Shown in pieces: positions 6,568 to 17,103 of a DNA stretch of 64,000 bases. A model generated the notes under the pieces. It saw nothing but the letters and a program-made list of their open reading frames with translations. It ran no database searches and was not told where the DNA came from. Source of the stretch: an uncultured candidate division Zixibacteria bacterium (lineage in GTDB: Bacteria > Zixibacteria > MSB-5A5 > GN15 > FEB-12); contig OY760907.1 of the NCBI GenBank assembly GCA_963664195.1, forward strand, positions 2,752,001 to 2,816,000, in the 5' to 3' direction. A program made the translations under genes and the position numbers. Within the stretch, counting starts at the first letter, position 1. Each line of letters opens with the position of its first letter.

Positions 6568-9372
6568 ATGTCGGCCACAAAGGCAACATCGAAAAAGGGA
6601 GCGGGCACAAAATCCGCAGGGAAAACTGCGGCCAAAGCTGACTCCAAGGTCAAATACTATTATTTCTTTGGTGCGGGCAAGGCTGAAGGCAACGGCGAAA
6701 TGAAGGATACCCTTGGCGGTAAGGGTGCCGGATTGGCCGAAATGACCAACGCCGGTATTCCCGTGCCCCCGGGCTTCACTATCACCACCGATGCATGCAC
6801 GCTTTACTACGAAGCCGGAATGCAGATTCCAAAGGCGGTAGACAAGGAACTTGAGACGCACATGGCCAAGCTCGAAAAAGTGACCGGCAAGAAGTTTGGC
6901 GATCCCGGTGATCCCCTTCTCGTGTCTGTGCGTTCCGGTGCGAAGTTCTCCATGCCCGGCATGATGGACACCATTCTCAATCTCGGTCTCAACGAGGAGA
7001 CGGTAAAGGGTGTGGCGGAGAAAACCGGTAACGAACGTTTCGCGCTCGACAATTACCGGCGATTTATCTCCATGTTCGGCAACGTTGTGCTGGGCATTGA
7101 CAAGGACCTCTTTGAGGAAGTTATCACCAAAAAGAAAAAAGACCGTCGGGTGAAGCAGGATTCTTCGCTGCAGGCGAATGATCTGAAAGACATTGTAAAG
7201 AAATTCAAGGCGATCGTTAAGCGGAAATCCGGCGAGCCGTTCCCGGATGATCCGTACTTGCAGCTCCGCCTGGCTCGTGACGCCGTGTTCCGCAGTTGGA
7301 ACAACCCGCGTGCCATCAGCTATCGTCGCCTCAACGACATTCCCGCTGGTCTTGGCACCGCGGTGAACGTGCAGGCGATGGTATTCGGCAACATGGGGAA
7401 CACTTCCGGCACCGGTGTCGGGTTCACGCGTGACCCTGCTACGGGGGCAAACGAGTTCTACGGTGAGTTCCTTACCAACGCCCAGGGCGAAGACGTGGTG
7501 GCAGGTGTTCGCACGCCGCAGCCGATTGCTGAATTGGCCGACGAGATGCCGAAGATGCACAAGCAGCTCAAAGAGATCACCGACCGTCTCGAAAAGCACT
7601 ATCGTGACGTTCAGGACTTTGAGTTCACGATTCAGGAATCTGAGTTATTCATGCTCCAGACTCGTGCCGGCAAACGTACGGCGCAGGCCGCGATTAAGAT
7701 CGCAGTCGACATGGTCAAAGAGAAGTTGATCACCAAGGAAGAGGCGTTGATGAGAATCGACCCGGCCCAGCTTGATCAGCTCCTGCATCCGACCATTGAC
7801 CCCAAAGCCAAATACAGCGTTATCGCCAAGGGTTTGGCCGCCTCTCCGGGCGCGGTCTCCGGCAAGGTGTTTTTCACCGCTGAGGAAGTAGTCAAACAGA
7901 GTTCCAAGACCAAGTCCATCCTGGTCCGTGAAGAGACCAACCCTGATGACATTGAGGGGATGAACGCTGCCGTCGGTATTCTTACCGCTCGCGGTGGCAT
8001 GACCTCCCACGCTGCCGTGGTTGCCCGCGGTATGGGTAAGTGCTGTGTCTCGGGCGCCGAGGCCGTACGCGTGAATGCCGCCAAGAAGAAATTCCAGGTG
8101 GGTTCGCTGACGATCAAAGAAGGCGAAGAGATTACGCTCAACGGTTCGACCGGTGACATCATTATGGGCAAGGTTGCTACGATTGAGCCTGAGCTTTCCG
8201 GGGAATTCTCGGAGCTGATGGCATGGGCCGATGATATCCGCAAGTTGAATGTTCGAACGAACGCTGACATTCCGCGCGATGCCAAACAGGCTATCAAGTT
8301 TGGCGCCGAGGGCATCGGTCTGTGTCGTACCGAGCACATGTTCTTTGCCGAGGACCGCATTCCGATCGTGCAGGCCATGATACTTGCTGATACCACCGAG
8401 GAACGCCAGCAGGCACTCGACAAACTGCTGCCATTCCAGAAGAAGGACTTCAAGGGACTGTTTGAGGCCATGGTCGGGCTGCCGGTTACAATTCGCACGC
8501 TCGATCCGCCGCTGCATGAGTTCCTGCCGCGAGAGGAAGAGATCCAGGAGAGAATCAAATCGCTTGATCCGAAGAGCGATGATTACGAAGAAGACCTTGA
8601 GGCTCTTGAAAAAACCGTCAAGCGGATCAGTGAGTTGGCCGAGTTGAACCCGATGCTCGGACATCGCGGTTGCCGCCTGGGTATTATGTATCCGGAGATC
8701 ACCGAGATGCAGGTACGTGCTATCATCTCCGCCGCGTGTGAACTGCACAAGGCGAAGAAAAAGGTCTACCCGGAAATCATGATTCCGCTGGTCGGTCATG
8801 TCAACGAGTTCCGAAATCAGAAGGACACCGTCGATCGTATCGCGCGCGAAGTTATTTCGAAGTACAAAGTGAAGAACTTCAAGTACATGGTCGGCACCAT
8901 GATCGAGGTCCCGCGTGCCGCTCTTACGGCTGGTGAGATCGCCGAACATGCCGAGTTCTTCAGCTTTGGCACAAACGATCTGACACAGATGACCATGGGC
9001 TTCTCGCGCGATGACGCAGGCAAGTTTCTCGGTTACTATGTTGAGAAGGGCGTGTTGCCGCAGGATCCGTTCGTGACAATTGACCAGGCCGGCGTCGGAC
9101 AGTTGGTGAAGATGGCCAGGGATTCCGGTCGTGCCGCTCGCGAAGATCTCAAGCTGGGTATTTGCGGTGAGCACGGTGGTGATCCGACGACGATTCAGTT
9201 CTGCCACGATGTCGGACTGAACTATGTCTCCTGTTCGCCTTACCGTGTGCCGATCGCCCGTCTATCGGCCGCTCAGGCGTCTATTCGTACAGGCGACTAC
9301 AAGGCCAAGACGAAGACTACCAAGGCTAAGGCCAAGACCAAGGCCAGAACCAAGGCTAAGGCCAAGAAGTAG
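6568..9372 (+). CDS. ppdK: Pyruvate, phosphate dikinase
   Basis: LGGKGAGLAEM, VSVRSGA..SMPGMMDT, GGMTSHAAVVAR (catalytic His), GICGEHGGDP. Confidence 0.98.
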   Translation: MSATKATSKKGAGTKSAGKTAAKADSKVKYYYFFGAGKAEGNGEMKDTLGGKGAGLAEMTNAGIPVPPGFTITTDACTLYYEAGMQIPKAVDKELETHMAKLEKVTGKKFGDPGDPLLVSVRSGAKFSMPGMMDTILNLGLNEETVKGVAEKTGNERFALDNYRRFISMFGNVVLGIDKDLFEEVITKKKKDRRVKQDSSLQANDLKDIVKKFKAIVKRKSGEPFPDDPYLQLRLARDAVFRSWNNPRAISYRRLNDIPAGLGTAVNVQAMVFGNMGNTSGTGVGFTRDPATGANEFYGEFLTNAQGEDVVAGVRTPQPIAELADEMPKMHKQLKEITDRLEKHYRDVQDFEFTIQESELFMLQTRAGKRTAQAAIKIAVDMVKEKLITKEEALMRIDPAQLDQLLHPTIDPKAKYSVIAKGLAASPGAVSGKVFFTAEEVVKQSSKTKSILVREETNPDDIEGMNAAVGILTARGGMTSHAAVVARGMGKCCVSGAEAVRVNAAKKKFQVGSLTIKEGEEITLNGSTGDIIMGKVATIEPELSGEFSELMAWADDIRKLNVRTNADIPRDAKQAIKFGAEGIGLCRTEHMFFAEDRIPIVQAMILADTTEERQQALDKLLPFQKKDFKGLFEAMVGLPVTIRTLDPPLHEFLPREEEIQERIKSLDPKSDDYEEDLEALEKTVKRISELAELNPMLGHRGCRLGIMYPEITEMQVRAIISAACELHKAKKKVYPEIMIPLVGHVNEFRNQKDTVDRIAREVISKYKVKNFKYMVGTMIEVPRAALTAGEIAEHAEFFSFGTNDLTQMTMGFSRDDAGKFLGYYVEKGVLPQDPFVTIDQAGVGQLVKMARDSGRAAREDLKLGICGEHGGDPTTIQFCHDVGLNYVSCSPYRVPIARLSAAQASIRTGDYKAKTKTTKAKAKTKARTKAKAKK

Positions 9373-9397
9373 TCAGCCCACTTGATTGACGAAAAAC

Positions 9398-9430
9398 GGA
9401 GGTCGTCGTCGGAAGACGACGGCCTTCTCT
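9398..9430 (+). terminator. Probable terminator after ppdK
   Basis: GGTCGTCGTC-GGAA-GACGACGGCC hairpin followed by a pyrimidine run. Confidence 0.6.
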
Positions 9431-9559
9431 CTATCTAGCCGAACATGATCCGCAAAACTGCCTGTTGACAATCCTGTTCGGTCGTGTTCATTGCGAGTGA
9501 GTACTTGTAAGGGAACCGAGCCTGCAAACAACAAGGAAGACCTGGCGACAGGGTATCGT

Positions 9560-11671
9560 ATGAAACAAGAATTGGATGCTTTTTTTAAGCCGCGATCGGT
9601 CGCTGTTATCGGTGCTACGCCCAAGAAGGGGACTATCGGTCGCGAGACGCTGCACAACATCTTTGCCGCCGAATTCCGGGGCAAAGTGTTTCCGGTCAAC
9701 CCTAACTACCAGGTAATTCACTCCGTCAAGTGCTACTCTACCGTACTCGATGTACCAGATGCGGTCGACCTCGCCGTTATTATCGTACCCAAACTGTTTG
9801 TCGCCGATACCGTTCGTCAGTGTGGTGAAAAGGGCGTCAAGGGAGTTGTAGTGATTTCCGCCGGTTTTTCCGAAGTGGGGCCGAAGGGGACGGAGCGCGA
9901 ACTTGAAGTGCTAGATGTCGTGCGCGAGTACGGCATGCGCATGATCGGCCCGAACTGCTTTGGTGTCGTCAACGCGGACCCGGATGTCTGCTTGAACTCG
10001 ACCTTCGGCAAGACCTTTCCCAAGCACGGCAATATCGGTTTCATCACGCAGTCCGGTGCGATGGGTGAGGCAATCATGAACCAGGCGGTCGAAATGGGAC
10101 TGGGTTTCTCCAAGATCGCCTCGATCGGCAACAAGGCGGACATTTCCTCCAATGACATTCTGACCTATTTCCGGGACGACCCGCAGACGGATATTATACT
10201 GTTGTATCTCGAAAACTTCGGCAATCCGCGCAACTTCACTGAAATAGCGCACGAGGTGTCCAGGCACAAGCCGATTATCGCGGTGAAATCCGGTCGCACC
10301 AAACTTGGTGCCAAGGCTGCTTCCTCGCACACAGGCGCACTTGCCGGTCTCGATGTCGCCGTCGATGCACTGTTCGAGCAGACGGGAGTGATGCGCGTTG
10401 ATACAACCGAAGAGTTGTTTGATGTCGCGGCGTTGCTGGCCCGCCAGCCCATCCCGAAGGGTGATCGTGTGGTGGTGGTCACCAATGCCGGAGGACCGGG
10501 AATTTTGGCAACTGACGCTTTGATCAACAACGGTCTGTCGATGCCTGATTTGACGCCGTCCACCGTGAACGAGTTGAAGAATTTTATCTCGGCCGATGCC
10601 TCCTATGCCAATCCGATGGACATGGTGGCAGGAGCTGGGGCCAAAGAGTACCACAACACGCTAAACGTCATCAAGAAAGATAAGCGGTACGATACGATCT
10701 TAACGCTATTCCTCGCGCCGGTGACGGTTGACGAGCTGGAAGTGGCGCAGAATATTTACAGCGCTCTCGAAGATACAGATAAGACCGTGCTGGCCTGTCT
10801 CATGGGGGCGGGGGAGAGGAAGGCCGGCATTCAGTACCTGATTGACAAGGGTGTGCCGGTGTTCGTTTTCCCGGAATCGGTCGCCCGGACTCTCGCCACA
10901 GTCGACCGATATCGCAGATGGTTGAAACGGCCCAAGGGTCGTTTCAAGACGTTTGATGTGGATGCGGAGCGAGTACAGTCGATTATCGACCGGCATCGCG
11001 CTGAGAAGAAAGATGCCATTGTCGGCGAAGAGGCGATTGACATTCTCGACGCCTATGGTATCCAGTCGGCCGGTTACGAGTATGCCTACACGGCCCGCGA
11101 GGCGGTTGCGGTAGCGAACAAGATCGGTTATCCGGTTGTGATGAAAATCAACTCGCCGCCTGTTCTGCACAAAACCGAGGCTGGCGGGGTTATTATTGAT
11201 CTTCGGTCCGACAAGGAAGTCCGTGCGGCCTTCAGCGAACTTCGTGAGCGAGTGGGGAAAATCAAGAAGACGCAGACGTACTCGGTTATCATTCAGGAAA
11301 TGGTATCCGGTTCTGTCGAGACGGTAATCGGAACCATCACCGATCCCTCGTTTGGTCCGCTCGTGATGTTCGGCCTCGGCGGAATCTACGTCGAAGTAAT
11401 GAAAGATGTCGCTTTCCGGGTCAACCCGATCACTGATCAGACCGCCGGCGAGATGATCAAATCGCTCAGATCGTACCCACTGCTGACCGGCTTCCGTGGG
11501 GCTGATCCGGTTGATTTGAAGCTGATAGAGGAGACATTGCTGCGTGTCTCGCAATTGGTTGGAGATTTCGACTGCCTTTCGGAGATAGATATCAACCCGT
11601 TCATCGTTTCGGGCAACAGGGATCAGTGTAAGGCTGTGGATGCCCGTCTGATCTTGAAACCGGTCGATTGA
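9560..11671 (+). CDS. ADP-forming acetate/acyl-CoA synthetase, fused alpha-beta (CoA-binding, ligase and ATP-grasp domains)
   Basis: FFKPRSVAVIGA, IGPNCFG, SHTGALAG (phospho-His), TNAGGPG, HKTEAGGV, EIDINP. Start moved to ATG 9560. Confidence 0.92.
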   Translation: MKQELDAFFKPRSVAVIGATPKKGTIGRETLHNIFAAEFRGKVFPVNPNYQVIHSVKCYSTVLDVPDAVDLAVIIVPKLFVADTVRQCGEKGVKGVVVISAGFSEVGPKGTERELEVLDVVREYGMRMIGPNCFGVVNADPDVCLNSTFGKTFPKHGNIGFITQSGAMGEAIMNQAVEMGLGFSKIASIGNKADISSNDILTYFRDDPQTDIILLYLENFGNPRNFTEIAHEVSRHKPIIAVKSGRTKLGAKAASSHTGALAGLDVAVDALFEQTGVMRVDTTEELFDVAALLARQPIPKGDRVVVVTNAGGPGILATDALINNGLSMPDLTPSTVNELKNFISADASYANPMDMVAGAGAKEYHNTLNVIKKDKRYDTILTLFLAPVTVDELEVAQNIYSALEDTDKTVLACLMGAGERKAGIQYLIDKGVPVFVFPESVARTLATVDRYRRWLKRPKGRFKTFDVDAERVQSIIDRHRAEKKDAIVGEEAIDILDAYGIQSAGYEYAYTAREAVAVANKIGYPVVMKINSPPVLHKTEAGGVIIDLRSDKEVRAAFSELRERVGKIKKTQTYSVIIQEMVSGSVETVIGTITDPSFGPLVMFGLGGIYVEVMKDVAFRVNPITDQTAGEMIKSLRSYPLLTGFRGADPVDLKLIEETLLRVSQLVGDFDCLSEIDINPFIVSGNRDQCKAVDARLILKPVD

Positions 11672-11691
11672 GTTGTTGACAGGAGTCTACG

Positions 11692-12219
11692 ATGCTGTAC
11701 GAGTTTAAGTCGATACGAATCTGGTCGTTCATCAAGATTGCATTCTTTGTGAACCTCGTGTTCGGGTTTCTGCTGGGGATGTTCTACGCCTTTCTCATCC
11801 CGGTCATGCTCATGGCGCCCGGCCCGTCCCCCTTTCAGGGCTTGGGCCTTGAGTCCGAAGGCGGTTCGTTTGCGTTCATGCTGATTCTTTTCCCGATTAT
11901 GTTCGCTGCTGGTTGCTCTGTATTCCAGACGATCTTCTTCACGATTATTGCGGCATCGTACAATCTGTTTGCCCGTATGGTCGGAGGAGTGGAGTTCAAT
12001 ATACAGCCGACGGAGCAAGCACAACCTTTGGTGCCGTCGCAGGCTTCTGTTGTCCCGGTCGCACCGACACGGCCGATAGCACCTCCACCGCCGCCACCAC
12101 CGATGCCTCAGCCGGCACCTCAACCGATGACACCGCAACCTCCGGTTGAACCGCAGACTCCGCCGCCAAGCCCGAAAGGCGACTACGAGTTACCAGAAGA
12201 TGACAAACCGCTAAGTTAG
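11692..12219 (+). CDS. Membrane protein (DUF3566-like N-terminus) with Pro-rich tail
   Basis: SD AGGAG; two hydrophobic segments; YN..A...GG.E motif; poly-Pro C-terminus. Confidence 0.7.
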   Translation: MLYEFKSIRIWSFIKIAFFVNLVFGFLLGMFYAFLIPVMLMAPGPSPFQGLGLESEGGSFAFMLILFPIMFAAGCSVFQTIFFTIIAASYNLFARMVGGVEFNIQPTEQAQPLVPSQASVVPVAPTRPIAPPPPPPPMPQPAPQPMTPQPPVEPQTPPPSPKGDYELPEDDKPLS

Positions 12220-12232
12220 AAAGCATATTCCA

Positions 12233-13678
12233 ATGACTGCCACTCCGCCCAAAGTCCGCATAGCCCCGTCACCATCGGGATACCTCCATGTCGGCACCGC
12301 TCGTGCCGCGCTTTTCAATTATCTGTTTGCGCGTCACAACGGCGGCAAGTTTGTCGTGCGAATCGAGGACACCGATGTCGAACGGTCCAAAACGGAATAC
12401 ATCGAGCCGATCATCGATGCTCTCAGGTGGCTCGGACTGGAGTGGGACGAGGAGATCGTCTACCAGTCCAAACGCAGCGACATTTACGCTGAATACCTCA
12501 AGAAGTTCATGGAGAGCGGTCAGGGATACTACTGTTTCTGCAGCAAGGAGACACTCGACTCCAAACGCCAGAAGGCTCGTGAGGAAAAACGTAACCCCCG
12601 TTACGACCGCACCTGCCTCACTCTTACGAAAGAAGAAATCCGGGCCAAACTGGACGCAGGGGAGAAGCCGGTCATTCGCGTGAAAATGCCAGACGGCGAC
12701 ATCCAATACGATGACATGGTCTCGGGGAAGTTGACGCGAAGCAGCGAGGAGCTGGAGGACTTTGTCGTAGCTCGCTCTGACGGTTCGGTTACGTACAATT
12801 TTGCGGTGGTTGTCGATGATCACACGATGGGCATTACGCACGTCATCCGTGGCAACGATCATATCACCAACACGTTCAAGCAACTGGTGGTATACAAGGC
12901 ACTGGGAGTTGAGGTACCGGTTTTCGGTCATGTACCGATGATTCTTCGTCCCGACAAGAAGAAGGTCTCGAAGAGACTTGGCGATAAGGGTGTGGGGGAA
13001 TTCCGCGACGAGGGTATTCTGCCGGAGGCGATGATCAATTACCTCTCTCTACTCGGATGGTCCCCCAAGACGGATCGCGAGATATACACGAAGAAGGAAC
13101 TGATCGAGATATTCAACCCCGATAATCTGAATGCAGCGAACGCCGTGTTTGACCCTGAGAAACTGGAAGCCTTCAACAGGGAGCACATTCTGTTGATGTC
13201 GGATCATGATCTGGCGACTCAGCTTGCGCCGCTTCTGATTGAGGCCGGATACACTTCGAAGTACTGGTTGGAGACGCGCTGGGAGTATCTCAGAGCTGTC
13301 GTGACGTTATTCAAAGAGCGTGTGCGCCGGATTTCCGACTTTGTCGAACAGAGCAAGTATTTCTTTGACTTCGATTACACCTATGATGAGGCGGCGGACA
13401 AAAAGCGGTTCAAACCCGAATCTGCGGACGTACTGGATGAGATGGCCAACCGGTTCGAGGCACTGAATCCGTTCACGCACGACGCAATTGAGGCAGCACT
13501 CACTGCGCTCTCAGAGGAGCGAGAGATCGGCAAGGGGAAGATCATTCATCCGACGCGTTTGGCGGTCTCCGGAGTCCCGGCCGGTCCGGGCCTGTACGAC
13601 ATGTTGGCGGTGCTGGGCCAGCCAGCCGTGGTAGAGCGGATGCGGAAAGCCGCGGAGTATGTGCGGGGGAAAGCGTAG
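12233..13678 (+). CDS. gltX: Glutamate--tRNA ligase
   Basis: RIAPSPSGYLHVG (HIGH), RIEDTD, HVIRGNDH, KVSKR (KMSKS-like). Confidence 0.97.
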   Translation: MTATPPKVRIAPSPSGYLHVGTARAALFNYLFARHNGGKFVVRIEDTDVERSKTEYIEPIIDALRWLGLEWDEEIVYQSKRSDIYAEYLKKFMESGQGYYCFCSKETLDSKRQKAREEKRNPRYDRTCLTLTKEEIRAKLDAGEKPVIRVKMPDGDIQYDDMVSGKLTRSSEELEDFVVARSDGSVTYNFAVVVDDHTMGITHVIRGNDHITNTFKQLVVYKALGVEVPVFGHVPMILRPDKKKVSKRLGDKGVGEFRDEGILPEAMINYLSLLGWSPKTDREIYTKKELIEIFNPDNLNAANAVFDPEKLEAFNREHILLMSDHDLATQLAPLLIEAGYTSKYWLETRWEYLRAVVTLFKERVRRISDFVEQSKYFFDFDYTYDEAADKKRFKPESADVLDEMANRFEALNPFTHDAIEAALTALSEEREIGKGKIIHPTRLAVSGVPAGPGLYDMLAVLGQPAVVERMRKAAEYVRGKA

Positions 13679-13772
13679 GTCGACACCTTGCGGTTTCGAC
13701 ATACATGGTTCCCGGGACAATCCCTGGAATCATGCCGATCACAGGAACGTATTGCAGCGCGCCAATAGAACA

Positions 13773-13805
13773 AGAAACCGGCGGGCATCATGCCCGTCGG
13801 TTTCT
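13773..13805. terminator. Hairpin between convergent gltX and ferritin, likely a bidirectional terminator
   Basis: AGAAACCGGCGGGCA-TCA-TGCCCGTCGGTTTCT. Confidence 0.7.
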
Positions 13806-13827
13806 CTATCTTCTGAGGACAGCGAAT

Positions 13828-14337
13828 CTACACGGCAGCCGGTGGCGTGAACGTGCGCGATCCCAGCTCGCGGTCGATCTGGAACAATCCCGCCTTTGAC
13901 TCGCCAAGCATCTTCAAATGCTGAACGATAGCCTTCACGCTGGCTTCTTCTTCGACCTGTTCGTTGACAAACCATTGCAGGAAAATCTGTGCCGCATGAT
14001 CTTTCTCGGCAAGAGCCGTATCCATGAGGCCGTTAATCAGGCTGGTGACTTTCTGTTCGTGGGCATACGCTTCTTCAAACACTTCAATCACGTTTTTCCA
14101 CTCAAGCGGGGGGGCATCGAATCCGTTCAAAATCCCGCGGCCGTCGCGCTCGACGACGTAGTCAAGCAGCTTTTCGGCGTGAGAGGTTTCTTCCTGGTAC
14201 TGAATTCTCATCCAGTTGGCAAAACCCGGCAGGTCGATCGATTCCAGATACGTTGACATGGCCAGGTACAGATGAGCCGAATAAAACTCAGCGGCTACCT
14301 GTTCGTTCAGGGCATCCTGCATCTTTTTACTTATCAT
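13828..14337 (-). CDS. ftnA: Non-heme ferritin
   Basis: LNEQ..EFYS..LYLAM, QYQEE..HA, HEQKVT, FLQWFVNEQVEEE. Start moved to MISKK. Confidence 0.95.
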   Translation of the reverse strand: MISKKMQDALNEQVAAEFYSAHLYLAMSTYLESIDLPGFANWMRIQYQEETSHAEKLLDYVVERDGRGILNGFDAPPLEWKNVIEVFEEAYAHEQKVTSLINGLMDTALAEKDHAAQIFLQWFVNEQVEEEASVKAIVQHLKMLGESKAGLFQIDRELGSRTFTPPAAV

Positions 14338-14406
14338 TTCTATTCCCTTTCCAAACCATCCATTTCTTTCAATCACTTGAACAGACACCAGTTAGTGATT
14401 GTTCGC

Positions 14407-16149
14407 TTACTTCTGCTGTTTCTGCATTTTCGCCCAACTATCGCGCAGCCCCACTGTTCGATTGAATACCAGCTTGCCGCTCACCGCCTCGACCGAGTCA
14501 ACGCAGAAATATCCGTGCCTGAGGAACTGGAAAAACATCCCCGGTGTCGCTTTGGCCAGACTTGGTTCCACCTTGCATCCCGTTACGCAAACCAGTGATT
14601 CCGGGTTGATATGATTTATGAAGTCATCGTCCTCGACCGGATTTTCGCGTGTAAACAACTTGTCATACAAATGCACCTCAGCATCGGAAGCATGCGTCGC
14701 CGAGACCCAGTGGAGGGTCCCTTTGACACGACGGCCATCGGGCGTCCCGCCACCACGAGACTCCGGATCGTAGGTGCAGTGCAACTCCTTGATCTCGCCG
14801 GTCGCTTCGTCTTTGACAACGCTGTCGCACGTGATGTAATAGGCATGTTTCAGGCGCACTTCACTCCCAGGCGCCAGACGGAAGAACTTCTTCGGAGGGT
14901 CTTCCATGAAATCGGCCCGTTCGATAAACACTTCGCGGGAGAAGGGAACCATCCGGACGCCATCGGCTTCGTTCTCCGGATTGTTGACCGCCTCGAATTC
15001 CTCTACCTGACCTTCGGGGTAGTTGTCGATGATGACTCTCACCGGATCGATCACGGCCATGACGCGCTGGGCGCGGACGTTGAGATCCTCGCGCAGGCAG
15101 TGTTCCAGCAGGGCGAAGTCAACCAGGCTCTCACGTTTTGCTACGCCGATTTTGTCGCAGAAGATACGGATTGACTCCGGTGTGTAGCCTCGACGGCGAA
15201 GCCCCGACAGTGTGGGCATGCGGGGGTCGTCCCAGCCGGTCACTATGTTGTTTTCGACAAGCTGTCTCAGTTTGCGCTTGCTGGTGATGGTGTAGCTGAC
15301 GTTCAACCGGGCGAATTCGATCTGCTGCGGATGGTAGGTTTTTAGCTCATTCAGGAACCAGTCGTACAGCGGCCGGTGGTCCTCGAAATCCAGATCGCAC
15401 AGCGAGTGCGTGATGCCCTCGATAGAGTCCGACAGACAGTGAGTGAAATCGTACATGGGGTAGATGCACCACGTGTCTCCGGTCCGGTGATGCGACATCC
15501 GCTTAATCCGGTAAATGGCGGGGTCGCGCATGTTCAGGTTGCCGGAGGCCATGTCGATTTTGGCGCGTAGCGTACGGGCGCCGTCGTCGAACTCACCGTT
15601 ACGCATACGCGTGAACAGATCGAGATTCTCCTCGACCGTACGATCTCGCCACGGGCTGTCTTTACCCGGTTCGGTAAGGGTACCCCGATATTCGCGAACT
15701 TCCTCGGGGCTGAGATCGCAGACGTATGCTTTGCCGTCCTTGACGAGTTGTACGGCGTAGTCGTACAGTTTGTCGAAATAGTCGGAGGCATGGTGCAGGC
15801 GATCACCCCAATCGAATCCGAGCCAGCGGACGTCCTCCATAATAGCCTCGGCGAAACGGGTTTCCTCTTTGGCCGGATTGGTGTCGTCGAAACGAAGGTG
15901 CGTGACGCCGTCGTTTTCGGCTGCAATGCCGAAATCGAGACAAATCGCTTTGGCGTGCCCTATATGCAGGTAACCGTTCGGCTCTGGTGGAAACCGCGTA
16001 ACAACGCGGCCGTCGAACTTGCCGGTTTCAAGGTCTTTTTTGACGATCTCACGGATGAAATCAAGTGATTCGCGTTCATTGTTTGCGGATCCGTCCGAGT
16101 TGTTGGTGACGTCTTTCGGACGATCCGGCTTTTCATTCGGTGCGGTCAT
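14407..16149 (-). CDS. glnS: Glutamine--tRNA ligase
   Basis: [52 protein letters not shown]. Confidence 0.97.
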   Translation of the reverse strand: MTAPNEKPDRPKDVTNNSDGSANNERESLDFIREIVKKDLETGKFDGRVVTRFPPEPNGYLHIGHAKAICLDFGIAAENDGVTHLRFDDTNPAKEETRFAEAIMEDVRWLGFDWGDRLHHASDYFDKLYDYAVQLVKDGKAYVCDLSPEEVREYRGTLTEPGKDSPWRDRTVEENLDLFTRMRNGEFDDGARTLRAKIDMASGNLNMRDPAIYRIKRMSHHRTGDTWCIYPMYDFTHCLSDSIEGITHSLCDLDFEDHRPLYDWFLNELKTYHPQQIEFARLNVSYTITSKRKLRQLVENNIVTGWDDPRMPTLSGLRRRGYTPESIRIFCDKIGVAKRESLVDFALLEHCLREDLNVRAQRVMAVIDPVRVIIDNYPEGQVEEFEAVNNPENEADGVRMVPFSREVFIERADFMEDPPKKFFRLAPGSEVRLKHAYYITCDSVVKDEATGEIKELHCTYDPESRGGGTPDGRRVKGTLHWVSATHASDAEVHLYDKLFTRENPVEDDDFINHINPESLVCVTGCKVEPSLAKATPGMFFQFLRHGYFCVDSVEAVSGKLVFNRTVGLRDSWAKMQKQQK

Positions 16150-16516
16150 GGTATTCCTGCCTCGGTCTTTGGTCTGCTCGGGCCTTTTTGCCCGGGTTGT
16201 GAAGGTGACAATCTAGTACAAATCGGATATCTATGCCATATTTATGTGCGAAATCAAGCTTCGGTTCCCGGCAGTCCATTATTCCCGGCCCCCTTGACTC
16301 AAATCGGTACGTCTTCAACTGGACCGGAGATGCAGATAATACTTGCTAATTGCTCATTTTCGTGTTGTTTTCAGCCAATATCCGGTTGTTTTTCGAAGCA
16401 AAGATGACCGGCGCGGTGCTGTCCGTTTTGGGCAGATGCGGGTCAAGTCAGGCAAAAAACGTCAGGTGATACATATGTGTGGCTCCCCGGTTGAGTCACA
16501 ATTGAAAGGGCAACTC

Positions 16517-17017
16517 ATGGCAAACACAAAAGAACAGATCGGCGCTGCACTTAAACGCGGAATCAAAGGCGAAGAAGACGGCTATCGCTTTTACGATATC
16601 GCGGCCAAGAAAGCGACTAACCCCGATGCCAAGCGCAAACTCGAAGGCCTTCGCGACGACGAGGTAGGGCACAAGAAAGTGCTCATTGAGCTGTATGAAA
16701 AGCACGTTGGTGGCGAAGTCGGCACTCTTCCGGACAAGGGTCTGTCGGCCCTCACTGAGGTGTTTTCCAAGGGGCAGGTGGACCAGATGAAGAATGAGAT
16801 GGAGTTCATCAATCTCGCTATCGAGGCCGAACTGGCTGCTACCAAGTTTTATCAGGACGAACGCGATCTGGTGGATGACGCTGAGTTCAAAAAGATTCTG
16901 GACGGTTTGGCGGACGAGGAACACGGCCACTACGAACTTCTGCAGGCTGAGAAAGATGCCCTCGCCGGCAACTATAGCTGGTTCGGATATGACACCGGGG
17001 CCCCCCTGGAAGACTGA
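16517..17017 (+). CDS. Ferritin-like (rubrerythrin-family) diiron protein lacking a rubredoxin domain
   Basis: Duplicated E..(G/A)..FY...ExxH motifs (DDEVGH, DEEHGH). Start moved to MANTK. Confidence 0.85.
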   Translation: MANTKEQIGAALKRGIKGEEDGYRFYDIAAKKATNPDAKRKLEGLRDDEVGHKKVLIELYEKHVGGEVGTLPDKGLSALTEVFSKGQVDQMKNEMEFINLAIEAELAATKFYQDERDLVDDAEFKKILDGLADEEHGHYELLQAEKDALAGNYSWFGYDTGAPLED

Positions 17018-17103
17018 TCCCCGGCCTGTACACCAGACTTACTGAGAACACCTGATGCGATGACACCGGGGTATTGATATCTGCCCGGTGGGAGGCGATG
17101 CGA

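Noticed and set aside
6442..9207. Long minus-strand ORFs (385 and 520 aa) opposite ppdK
   Set aside because: Antisense shadows of a codon-biased real gene; no motifs or RBS.
13679..13770. Short hairpins after gltX as a possible tRNA
   Set aside because: No cloverleaf with correctly placed D and T arms or acceptor stem.
16343..16516. Upstream extensions given by the ORF track (also at 9491, 14388, 23758, 32013, 32050, 54379, 56543 and 61549)
   Set aside because: Family homology and SD positions support the downstream starts used in the features.
17015..17080. Possible Sec read-through of the TGA ending the ferritin-like gene
   Set aside because: The domain is complete at the stop, I saw no convincing SECIS-like hairpin, and the extension is short and featureless.
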